This document shows, one piece after another, positions 13,992 to 24,435 of a stretch of DNA of 64,000 nucleotides. Source of the DNA: Gnetum montanum (lineage: Eukaryota > Plantae > Gnetophyta). The notes beneath the pieces were generated by a model that was given only the letters and a program-made list of their open reading frames with translations, had not been told where the DNA came from and made no database searches. Every line of letters starts with the position of its first letter. Within the stretch, counting starts at the first letter, position 1. A program made the translations under genes and the position numbers. The stretch is from NCBI GenBank assembly GCA_015680685.1, contig MNCI01002812.1, positions 121,991-185,990 on the forward strand, written 5' to 3'.

Positions 13992-14247
13992 ATGATTAAA
14001 CTAAACATATTAAACAACTAAAGTGAATTAGATTTTTGTTGAATATCCTAGATCTTGTATGAACATATTAATTTAAAATGGTTCATTGTACCTTCACAAA
14101 TCTAATTTCAAGTATCAATGAAATGAAATGTACAACAACTCCAATTTGCAATATTAGTTATTGAATTTTTTACAAACATTTAAAATGAGATAGGTTTCAT
14201 CCCAATAGATTGGATGATAAGATGTACAAGTATTATGTAAAAATTAT

Positions 14248-14318
14248 TAGGAGGCAAGAATTGAATCAATAGCTTCCTAACTAAGAAATGAGTGTCTTAA
14301 CCATTACACTACACCCCT
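14248..14318 (-). repeat. Degenerate tRNA-derived sequence (SINE head or pseudo-tRNA)
   Basis: Reverse complement aggggtgTAGTGTAATGGttaagacac...GATTCAATTCttgcctcct shows A-box and B-box-like motifs and a GTGT/ACAC D-stem; the anticodon arm is degenerate. Confidence 0.4.
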
Positions 14319-14811
14319 AAGTGCACGTTTGAATGTAATTAAAAATAATTTAAATTTCATAGAGAATGACAATATGACATATAAAGTAATTTCTATTTCT
14401 ATTTCAATTTGCATCGTGCCATATATAAAGCAATAAAGTTTGGGTATGTGGTTTTGATTTTTTGTATTGGTCTTTGTAATTGTTATGCCTTTTTCTAAAA
14501 TTAAACAAAAGTTATCTTAAAATTGCGGAAATAATTTTATAACTCAAAAATAACACGGCGCTAGAAGGAAGTGCTAAGTCAGGGTAAAAATTAGATCCAT
14601 GTGCGATACGGTTGTGGGCCTTTATTAACTGTGCAGCAGCCCGTTTAATAATTGAAATTCGATATTTAAATCCAAACGACGCAGCCACGGATGAACGACC
14701 GTTTGAGCACCGAAAGCCCCGCGAGAAATTTGCGTAATCAAAAGCAAATCGAAAACCACGTAAGAATTCTTCATAATTCATACTAAACATTAGCCTACCT
14801 CCACCGTCATA

Positions 14812-15833
14812 ATGTGGGATGCCGGCAATCGGCACTTGCAGAGCACGGTGATAGACAGAGGCGTTCCCCAAGGCGACTGCAGTTACTGTTGCAAGTCCAT
14901 TCGGGCCGGCAAAGCGCCGTGAGCCATGTGCTCAAAACCCACTCTCTGGCTCCAAGTGACTGCGAGGAGCTGCTCGAGCGCGGCTGGCGGCGGGCCACAG
15001 GGTGGCTTCTAGAGCGCCGGGAGCTGGACCGCACATGCTGCCCAGCTCTGACTGGACGCCTGCGCGCCGACGAGTTCTCGCCCTCGCGAGACCACCGGCG
15101 GTGCCTGCAGCGCCTCCGTGCACACATGCAAGCGCAGGGGCTGGCACTGCAGGTGCTAACCCAGGAGCCACGCTTCGACGAGGAGTGCTACGAGTTGTTC
15201 GTGCGGTACCAGGCGGAAGTGCACGGCCACGACCCGGCCAAGGTGACGAAAGATGACTACGAGGCGCTCGTGGTGCGGAGCCCCCTGCCGCCATGGAGCA
15301 CGCTGCACCAGGTCTATGTGTTGGGTGGCCGCGCTGTGGCTGTGGGCGTGCTGGACGTGCTGCCCAACTACGTGGTAAGCCACTACTTCTTCTAAGACCC
15401 GGCACTGCGGCACCTACGCCTCGGAGTCTTCTGAGCTCTGCAGGAGATCCAGTGGATGCTGCGTCGCCGGAGCGCCGGGAAAGCCCTGATGCAGTTCTAC
15501 TTTCTGGGCGGCTTCGTGCATACATGCACCAAACTCCAGTACAAGACTTCGTTCGAACCGTCGGAGCTGCTCTGTCCCGCACGCTGTCGCTGGTTCTCGG
15601 CTCACGACGATGCTGCACTGGAGTTCCTGGAGGAATGCCAGCAGCTGGAGCGTAGGCGCAGGGACGAGCAGGAAGACGAGGACGACATTGGTATTGATGT
15701 TGGAGAAGTGCCGATGGTTTTTGCGACGCCGCTGTTGGAATGGCAGCAAGCGATGGCGATGGTGGAGAATTATGTTCCGAAGGTTGGGTACCGGTTGTCC
15801 CGCTCCATGCGGTATCATTTTGGCTGTGTTTAG
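14812..15833 (+). pseudogene. ATE1: Intronless, compact arginyl-tRNA--protein transferase (ATE1-like) with one frameshift and two in-frame stops
   Basis: ATG 14812 MWDAGNRHLQSTVIDRGVPQGDCSYC (cf. plant ATE VIDxGxxxSTCGYC). Frameshift at about 14890-14915 into SHVLKTHSL..LLERGWRR..DRTCCP..RLRADEFSPSRDHRR; then FDEECYELFVRYQAEVH, HQVYVLGGRAVAVGVLDVLP, YFF*DP (TAA 15393), LGVF*ALQEIQW (TGA 15432), FYFLGGFVHTCTKLQYK..PSELLCP; stop TAG at 15831-15833. Confidence 0.88.
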
Positions 15834-16197
15834 ATTAGATAGATGTTCAGTGTGCTAGGTGCTCGAGAATTTGTATCTCTCCTGAGACATAATTTTAAGC
15901 TTACAATATTGGCAAAGCATGCACTCATTGTTTACGTTATAAGTTGGTGGTGCATACTTGATTTTGGACAAACAGATACCAATAATTGTAAGGTAGCCTT
16001 TTAAACACTTTGTAATACATTTATTTTGTTTTGTTTTATTTTCTTTCCCTAAAAAATCATTCATAGAGAATGAAATAATTATAGTAAAGCATTATTAATT
16101 TATACTAATAACTCATCAAAGTTTCATGTTTGTTGTAGTACTTAGGGTTATAAGTGTTAACACTGGCTTTTTGTATGAAACATTGTTATGGAAATGC

Positions 16198-16318
16198 CAA
16201 TGATTACTACAATACATTTACGTAGAGCAATGAACAATAATAAATTTTCTCAAAGATACAATGATTACTACAATACATTTACGTAGGGAGAATTAAAAAG
16301 ATAGCTTTTCTCAAGGAA
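16198..16318. repeat. Tandem duplication, about 61-bp unit
   Basis: caatgattactacaatacatttacgtag...ttttctcaa occurs twice in succession. Confidence 0.75.
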
Positions 16319-16527
16319 TAATAAATTTTTTTATATTATTAAAAAAACTAAAATATTTTTCAAGAAAGCTAAGAGGTAAAGCTTCTTCCCACTTTAAATT
16401 TTTATTTTCTAAAGTTGTTTTATTTTACAAAAAGTTATTTTCTTGTGAAAATGAAGATTAATCCATTTTAAATTCATATTGTAAGTTGCAATTGTCTAAG
16501 GATGAAGTGATCTATAGTTTTAATAAA

Positions 16528-16772
16528 TTAGCTATAGACAAAGCTTTAGATGTTAAAAGTTTATATGTTGAGTTATTAAAATGAGGTAAACGAGATATCC
16601 ATAGAGAAATTTGCAATATGTTGAATAAAGTAATTATTTTATCTATAGCCTTAATAGATTGGCTAAAGACAAAACTTCACATGCTTATGGTTTATATGTC
16701 AAGTTGTTATAATGAAGCAGATTAGATGTTCATACAGAAATTTGTAAGATGTTGAGTGAACTAATTATTTTA
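16528..16772. repeat. Diverged tandem duplication, about 130-bp unit
   Basis: gctatagacaaagcttt..gtttatatgt..agaaatttg..atgttga..taattatttt is repeated as gctaaagacaaaactt..gtttatatgt..agaaatttg..atgttga..taattatttt. Confidence 0.6.
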
Positions 16773-17085
16773 GGTCTTAATTAGAAATGACAAACCAACA
16801 AGGCAATTATCTTCACCAAAAAAGAAAATAGGGTTGATTTAAACAATTATAAAATGATTAAAATCAACAACATCTTTGCAAAGTTGTTGGCACTATTCTT
16901 GAGAAAGCTTAATAAGAACTTGAGAGCTATGGTACAAGTAAGTATTATAAAAAATCATTCTACAATTAATCATAGCTTGAAAATTTTGGCAAACAACCCA
17001 ATAGGAAGCTTTTTGCTTCTTTTTTTTCAAAAGCTTTATATTTTATCAATAGGAATAAGCTTTAATACCATTTAATTGATATTAG

Positions 17086-17440
17086 TGATGAGACATGAAT
17101 TGCTCATAGTGCTGGGGCCTGCGTTAAGGCACCCACGTTGTATCATGGGTCGCGATGTATCATGGGCCGCGATATCGCGTATGCGATGTATCATGGGCTG
17201 ACGCGATATCGCAGTCAGCCGCAATTTCTATAAATAAGAGGCGGCTCTCCCTTATTCGGGATCCTAGTTTTAGTGTAGCGAAGCTCTGGTAGTTTGATCC
17301 CTCCAGAGTTAGAATTTTCCCGTGTCTGCCCGCAGTGTGGTGAATGTGATTGTACGGTGTCTTTATTCGAGTGTGCCGTACTTGGACACGCACATGACCG
17401 GCAATAAAGATCGAGATTACTTCATCATTGCAGCATTCAC
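17086..17440 (+). repeat. 5' part of a CpG-rich (young-looking) Athila-family LTR running into the assembly gap
   Basis: Starts TGATGA, has CGATATCG/CGATGTATC repeats and TATAAATA. The stretch cttggacacgcacatgaccggcaataaagatcgagattac closely matches 7012-7070. Confidence 0.85.
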
Positions 17441-18350
17441 NNNNNNNNNNNNNNNNNNNNNNNNNNNNNNNNNNNNNNNNNNNNNNNNNNNNNNNNNNNN
17501 NNNNNNNNNNNNNNNNNNNNNNNNNNNNNNNNNNNNNNNNNNNNNNNNNNNNNNNNNNNNNNNNNNNNNNNNNNNNNNNNNNNNNNNNNNNNNNNNNNNN
17601 NNNNNNNNNNNNNNNNNNNNNNNNNNNNNNNNNNNNNNNNNNNNNNNNNNNNNNNNNNNNNNNNNNNNNNNNNNNNNNNNNNNNNNNNNNNNNNNNNNNN
17701 NNNNNNNNNNNNNNNNNNNNNNNNNNNNNNNNNNNNNNNNNNNNNNNNNNNNNNNNNNNNNNNNNNNNNNNNNNNNNNNNNNNNNNNNNNNNNNNNNNNN
17801 NNNNNNNNNNNNNNNNNNNNNNNNNNNNNNNNNNNNNNNNNNNNNNNNNNNNNNNNNNNNNNNNNNNNNNNNNNNNNNNNNNNNNNNNNNNNNNNNNNNN
17901 NNNNNNNNNNNNNNNNNNNNNNNNNNNNNNNNNNNNNNNNNNNNNNNNNNNNNNNNNNNNNNNNNNNNNNNNNNNNNNNNNNNNNNNNNNNNNNNNNNNN
18001 NNNNNNNNNNNNNNNNNNNNNNNNNNNNNNNNNNNNNNNNNNNNNNNNNNNNNNNNNNNNNNNNNNNNNNNNNNNNNNNNNNNNNNNNNNNNNNNNNNNN
18101 NNNNNNNNNNNNNNNNNNNNNNNNNNNNNNNNNNNNNNNNNNNNNNNNNNNNNNNNNNNNNNNNNNNNNNNNNNNNNNNNNNNNNNNNNNNNNNNNNNNN
18201 NNNNNNNNNNNNNNNNNNNNNNNNNNNNNNNNNNNNNNNNNNNNNNNNNNNNNNNNNNNNNNNNNNNNNNNNNNNNNNNNNNNNNNNNNNNNNNNNNNNN
18301 NNNNNNNNNNNNNNNNNNNNNNNNNNNNNNNNNNNNNNNNNNNNNNNNNN
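17441..18350. other. Assembly gap (910 N)
   Basis: Run of N. Confidence 1.
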
Positions 18351-19722
18351 TCGCGGCACTATGCATGTCGCGTCTCATCAAGGCATGCACAAGTTACCAT
18401 TTTGAGGCATCTACTTGTCTCAACTTTTATACGATAAAATCCCATTCGTGCTTTTCTAATTGTGCATAGTAAATGCTTAGGACTAGCAATATAGAAATAG
18501 TTTGCATTTGAATTTAAGCATTTCTTGATCTAATTCAAATAAATAAATATATATTTTTAAATTTCTACATTAAAGTATTTGAAATACTCTTATTTTACTG
18601 ATTTAAAAACTTAAAATATACTATTCGAGTTGCATTACCATGAAACGTACAAAACCTTCGTCCAACTGCTGCTATAGGTCTTCGCATATAATAAATATCT
18701 CACTTTTTCATTTACCAAGACTTTATCCAAAGGACGCGAAAGGTCCTGGCATGCAATAAAATATATCACTTTCTCATTTACCATTCTCACAAAAAAATGA
18801 GCAGCCGTATTATCTCCAACTCAAAGAGAAGGTACTTACAACGCAAAGAAGAGCTGTGCCTTCCGCAACGAGCTGTACAGAAGTCGCCGAGCTTAAGACG
18901 GTTTCCAATTTTAAAGGCAGTGAAGAGGCGTCGTCCCTGTCCGCTCTCTTTCGTAGGCGCTGCTTCTTTACCACATCGATTATTTTAGATGCCGGGAGAT
19001 CTGATCGCACAGCACGAAGGCGAGTGTTTTCCATCTTCATGAATTCTAAACTCTTACCTTAAATTTCTGATTCGAGGCTTACGATACAAAAACAAAACCT
19101 TATCGTAGGGTTTGGACGGTTGATTATGGCGCAGGGAATTCCTTCTATGTGGTACTTCAGCGCATATATCTAGAGTTAACAATTTTGCTTGCTGGATGTT
19201 TTTGGCGACGATTTTGTTAAAGTCATGCGCTGCTAATTTTTTTTCCGTTACTCGCGTGGTGTAATTCATTTGGTACTTTTTCTTTGCGAACCACGAATAG
19301 CGGGAGTAGACCTATTATGCCGTGTAAGTTTACGAATGTTCAACGAACACAGCATGGTTTGACCTCGATCCAGGATTTCGTTTTACTTATTTTCGATTGA
19401 TTTGTCCAATGTGCGCGCGCGGGCGTGCGTCTTTATTTTTTTTTAAATTTTCAAAATCAATCTGATTTGTCACCAGAAATACTCCATTTCAACTGAAAGT
19501 GCGCATATCTGTGTGTCTTGTATGAATTCATTCTATTAAAATGTTTGTAATCGGCATGCATCAGGGGTAATTCATGTGATATTTGCTTACTTCAGCAGGT
19601 TATAATTTGCATCGTTAGAAGAGGTAATTGCAGGAAAGCTGCAATAAGATTAGCCGAAGAACTTCAAATTGGTCACATCTGAATCCAGTTTAAATCAGAG
19701 CCAGACATTTGAAGGCTGCATT

Positions 19723-22700
19723 ATGATTTCCTTCGAGATGAATGATCGGAAAAGTGAGTATTGCTTTAAATTTTTTTAAAGGGTGATTGTCCTTTTTGGT
19801 GTTAAAGATAAACAATGTCAAATCCCCAGAATACCCAGACTATTGCATTTTTACGAAATTTACAATTTGTTTAAATGCTGGCTAGATTCGGTTGAAATAT
19901 TGATAGCGTTTATCTGATTATATGAGTTTGAAAATAGAGATTACAGAAAAAACATAGTGAAATTTCGATAGTGCGAACCTATGAATTATTATTTGCTATG
20001 TCACGTTTTCCTTGGCAAACTTTTTCCGTAGGTCATTGTTTCCCATTTTACTTAGTGATATACAGCCCTGAGCCTCCAGATATCGATGAGTTGAATTTCT
20101 ATGCTATGCATCCGACCGCCATTCACAGGCTTACAGCTTTTTATGCATTTTCTTTGTTCTCTGATTTACGTCCTCACGTTGAGAGTTATAGGGCTTGGAG
20201 TAATATTATTTTAGTGCCATCTTCTACAAGCTCTAGCCTTAATGTTAGTTTCCTCTTATTCGTATACAATATTGTTTAAGAAGGAGACTTTGCCTTGCTT
20301 TGATAATTTCTTTGGAGTGTACCATGAATTAAGAGACAAGTGCATCCTGAATAATCTGGAAATCTTGGTTTTACATCATCAGCATCATCCTAGCCTTATT
20401 CCAACTACATGTGATTGGTTATATAAGTTTTTTTTAAAACTGTTCACTTTTATTAAAAGCAACATAAGCATTGATACCGAAATCTTGCATTTATTTGTTG
20501 ATGAAAGCAAACTAATAATGTTTTGGTGTACCTTTTTGCTAGTTTCCCCAACTTTATAAAGCAATCTCTTTTAACAAGTGTTCTTAATACATGACCAAAC
20601 TATCTGAGACAACTTTCCTCAATCTTTTCATTTGTGAATGCTACTCATAACCTTTTCTCAATGAGAGGGTTGTTGATTGATCTTTCCTAGTCACACTCAA
20701 CATACACCTTAATATATGCTTCTCTACCACATGTATGTGTTGAGGATGATGCTTTTTTATGGGTTAACATTTTGCACCATAAAGGATACATGTCTAATAG
20801 CAGTTTTGTATGCTTACCCTTTAATGTAAAAGGGATACTTCTATCACAAAGCACACCACTAGTTTCACATCATTTCCTCCATCTTAATTCAATTTTGTTT
20901 ATCACATGATTGTTAATCTCACCATCCACTTGAACCAGAGACCTGAAGTATCAAAATTGTTTTTATTGAGATACTTAGTTTTGGATTCTAATATTTGTTT
21001 CATCATTACTTGCTTTTCCACTGCGAGTGCACTCCATGTATTCCGTTTTGCTTCTACAGAGCCTCAACCCTTTTGATTCTAGGGTGTTTATCCAACTTTC
21101 CATTGTCACAATCAGGATTTCCTTAGAATCATCCAACAGAATAATATCATCAAAAGGCATACATCAAGTGATATAATCTTGGATATCTTTGGTTAGTTCA
21201 TCCACAAGAATGTCAAACAAATAAGGCTTAGAGCAGATCTTTGGTGTAACCTAACCTTCACCTGAAAGTCTAAAGTCTTGAATAGCCTTTAGGTAGCTCC
21301 ATCATACATGTCTTGAATACCTTTTATGTAGCCAATAGGAATATGTTTTCTCTTTAATTCCCCCTAAATAATATCTTGGGGAACTCTATCATAAGCTTTC
21401 TCCAAGTTAATGAAAATCCTGGTTTTGCATGACAGCTTTTATATGATTTTGCATTGTTGCATGTGTTTTGTAGGGGTCATTGTCCCTTCAAAAGTGTCTA
21501 TGATGATGTTTTAGATGCTTAAGTTTATTACTTACACAAATAAAATGAAATGGATTTTTTAATCTTCAAAATTTTGTCCAACGGCAGTATTTTCTTGGTT
21601 TGGCTGAAAATGCAAGGATTTTCTGTGCATAAAGTACTTAGTCAAAACTAAATACTATAATGAAAATTAGTGTATCTGTGTTTTCAGAAATATTGTTGTT
21701 GTGTTTTTTCTGGGAAATGGTTATCAGCATTTTCATGGCAGGTTGACTTACGCCTTTTGTCATGGCTAGCATTTTAGAGTTAGGTGTCATGCTTTGTATG
21801 GTTTTTAACTTCTCAGCATGTTATTTTAGTTTGTGTAAATGCAATAAACTGGATTTTGTTACATTACAAAGCCCTCGAACATGCTGCCGTTGTGGCTTAT
21901 AAGAATTATTTTTTAAACAAGTAAAAAATGCTATCAATGAAAATTTTTTTGGAGTGCCATAAGAAATTTTTAGGGGTCTTACACAGGTAACTTAATGAAC
22001 TTGATTAAGGGTCAATAAGAAACTCATCCAATCGAAGAAAAAGAAAATTAAAATTACCACCCTCATGATATGAACCCATTTGATAACGTGTGTTGACAGG
22101 TCTTTATTTTTGCTAATGTCAAAGACATGGGGAGTGAAATTCCATTCTATAACTCACATTGTGTTTCCAACCTTTCAAGACCAACTGCCTTTCTCTTTTT
22201 ATTATGCTGTCAGTGTCCTAAGAAATTCAACGATACTTCTCTTCTAAAAATTTTGGCCTCTCAAAATATGAAACCATACTAGTTTCAAATCTTTTCTAAA
22301 TTCATCATCAGTGGTGAATCTCTAAATTGTCTTTTTTACCATTTGATTTAGTCTGCTAGATCTCCTAATCATGTCCCTATTATTAGTTTATTACTGTATA
22401 GTTTAATGGCTAGTCTTGCTTCTAAGCAGTCTACATCAGGTTGTTGTTTTGAAGCCATAGGTTTTTTATGAGTAGCAGCTCTTTCTACAAGATCCAACAG
22501 TGTCTCTTCTCACTAACTTTATATTATGCTTCCTCATCTAAAATTGATTCTGTATTAATTGCTGAAATGTAGCTGGCGTATTTTGTTGGACAAGGCTAGG
22601 ATGTTGATGTTGATGATGATTTCTTCTCGAAATGCTTTTTTACATTTGGCAATTATTTGCTTAATCCCTCTTTGATACTTACTATAATGATACAAGCTTC

Positions 22701-24435
22701 CCTTGATAAGAAATTACAGATGATGGTGTGTGATTCAACCATTTTATGTTCAACTTAAAAATCCAAGATATTTTTGATATTTTGGGGAGTAATTAGTTAA
22801 AATTAAGGTCTGTGGCACCTACTATTTTTGCAGTGCAGCACAGAATTGCATCAGTTGTTTTTCCTCTGTAAACACAGATATTTCCATTCAATATTGCCAT
22901 GTTTTGCTGATCGCATGTGCTCATGCTGATCATATTCTCAATCTCTTGATGAAATCAATACACAAATTTTCCGTCTATCAAAAGTAATAAGTAGCCATTG
23001 GGAAAGTGTTTTATTTCATTCAAAATAATCAAATCTAATCCTTGCTTTCTTTGGAAATAATTGATTTCCCGTCTGATCTTTTTTGTCCTTTTAGATGTTA
23101 TCTTTTATATGTAAAGAAAATCTTGTAAAGATTTTGGAATTGTGAAATGTTGAACAATGGTTACCATCTTTTTTTTCTATATATGAGCAATTTCAGGCAA
23201 CCGAGAACCACCTTTGAAAATTTTCGTTTCCTAACTCTTATTAAATAGCAATTGTGCAAATGTGCTTAAAAATGATATTACAAATCGGTGCCATGTTTCT
23301 TATTATGATGCCCAGACTTATGGCTTATGTTTGGCTATTTTATTTTTTAATACTTGGTCGTAAAGCAGAAAGGACTGTATCTTTGTACAGTTATGAACCA
23401 ATGTAAGTAATTTCCTCTGTTAAAAGAAGTTTTGTACCATTTCCATGGGATATGCAGCTAATCTGGATAATTATACATAATGTGAACTATTGACTGGTCT
23501 AACTGAAAGCTTGTCTCATTCAGAAATTGGGATAGGCCTCACAGGCTTTGGCGTGTTCTTCTCCTTTTTAGGGGTGATATTTTTCTTTGACAAGGGTCTT
23601 TTGGCCATGGGAAATGTAAGCTTGTACTGCTTCAAATATTTGTTTTTGTGTTTTGTTTTAGAACCATGTTGCAAAATGACTAATGGCCTGTTTTTGGTAT
23701 GGTCTAAGATTTTATTTTTGTCAGGTTTGGCTTTGACAATTGGTGTGAAGTCAACTCTGCAGTTTTTTATGACAAGGCAAAATTACAAGGTTTATCCTTT
23801 TTAGGTGCCTATCAACTTGTATAATCTGTGACACTGGAAATGCCAATTTTTATTTTGTTTGCAAATTAATTTTATTGCGTGCTTGGATATTGTGGATGTC
23901 TATGTATTTCTCTGTATGTGGCTGTTTAAATCCGATTGATTGGTGGTAAAATTGTGCAGGGTTCTGTGGCCTTTGGCATTGGGTTTTTCTTAATCGTTAT
24001 TGGATGGTCTGTGTTTGGGATGATATTGGAGGCCTATGGATTCATTGTTCTTTTCAGGTATTCTGTTGGGATTTGTATTCTGCTTGATTCGTTTGTTAGT
24101 AGGATATTTGAGAATTCATTTTAATGCAGTTGGATTAGAATCATCATTCCTTGTATAAAGAATTCATTTCATTAGTTCTTTCACGCAGTGGTTTTTTGCC
24201 CACGGTAATTGTGTTCTTGCAAAGGATCCCTGTGCTTGGCTGGTTCTTCCAACAGCCATTTCTTATGTCTGTAAGTCAAATATTTAGAGTAATTTTCTTT
24301 AAAAAAATTGTTTGCAAAGCCTAATTTGCCCTCTGCAGCAAGCTTTGTTCATGTGTGTTCTAAATCATTTAACAATCAAATATTTTTTCTTTGCAGATTT
24401 TTACTCGTTCACGTCAAAGAAGAGTTCCAGTATAA
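19723..24435 (+). CDS. GOT1: Vesicle transport protein GOT1 (Got1/Sft2-like), 6 exons: 19723-19753, 23524-23615, 23709-23789, 23960-24057, 24189-24270, 24397-24435; 140 aa
   Basis: All introns are GT..AG and phases are consistent (423 nt total). Product MISFEMNDRKKIGIGLTGFGVFFSFLGVIFFFDKGLLAMGNILFLSGLALTIGVKSTLQFFMTRQNYKGSVAFGIGFF..GMILEAYGFIVLFSGFLPTVIVFLQRIPVLGWFFQQPFLMSIFTRSRQRRVPV, a typical plant GOT1. Confidence 0.96.
20420..21420 (-). mobile_element. Degenerate RTE-clade non-LTR retrotransposon RT fragment in GOT1 intron 1
   Basis: Minus strand FINLEKAYDRVPQDII..GYIKGIQDMYDGA, SALSPYLF-like segment, PFDDIILL (cf. MLFADDIVL), TLESKGLRLCRSKTEYMEC. Boundaries approximate. Confidence 0.8.

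Noticed and set aside
14248-14318. Functional tRNA gene
   Set aside because: The anticodon and T arms do not pair properly; kept only as a degenerate tRNA-derived repeat.
15393-15434. Stop removal by U-to-C RNA editing or an alternative genetic code
   Set aside because: Editing would give Gln and Arg where Trp/Tyr and Ser are expected. The locus is nuclear, and neighbouring genes use TAA and TGA as stops.
14807-15858. Multiple overlapping ORFs on both strands
   Set aside because: By-products of high GC in the ATE1-like sequence; only one reading path has recognisable motifs.
16198-16318. CRISPR-like repeat-spacer pattern
   Set aside because: Only two units, the intervening sequences are also similar, the context is eukaryotic and there are no cas genes.
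17160-18437. Long ORFs of 317-399 aa in the ORF track
   Set aside because: They consist mostly of X from the N gap.
18797-19269. Short ORFs upstream of GOT1
   Set aside because: No recognisable motifs; better explained as CpG-rich promoter/5' UTR sequence of GOT1.
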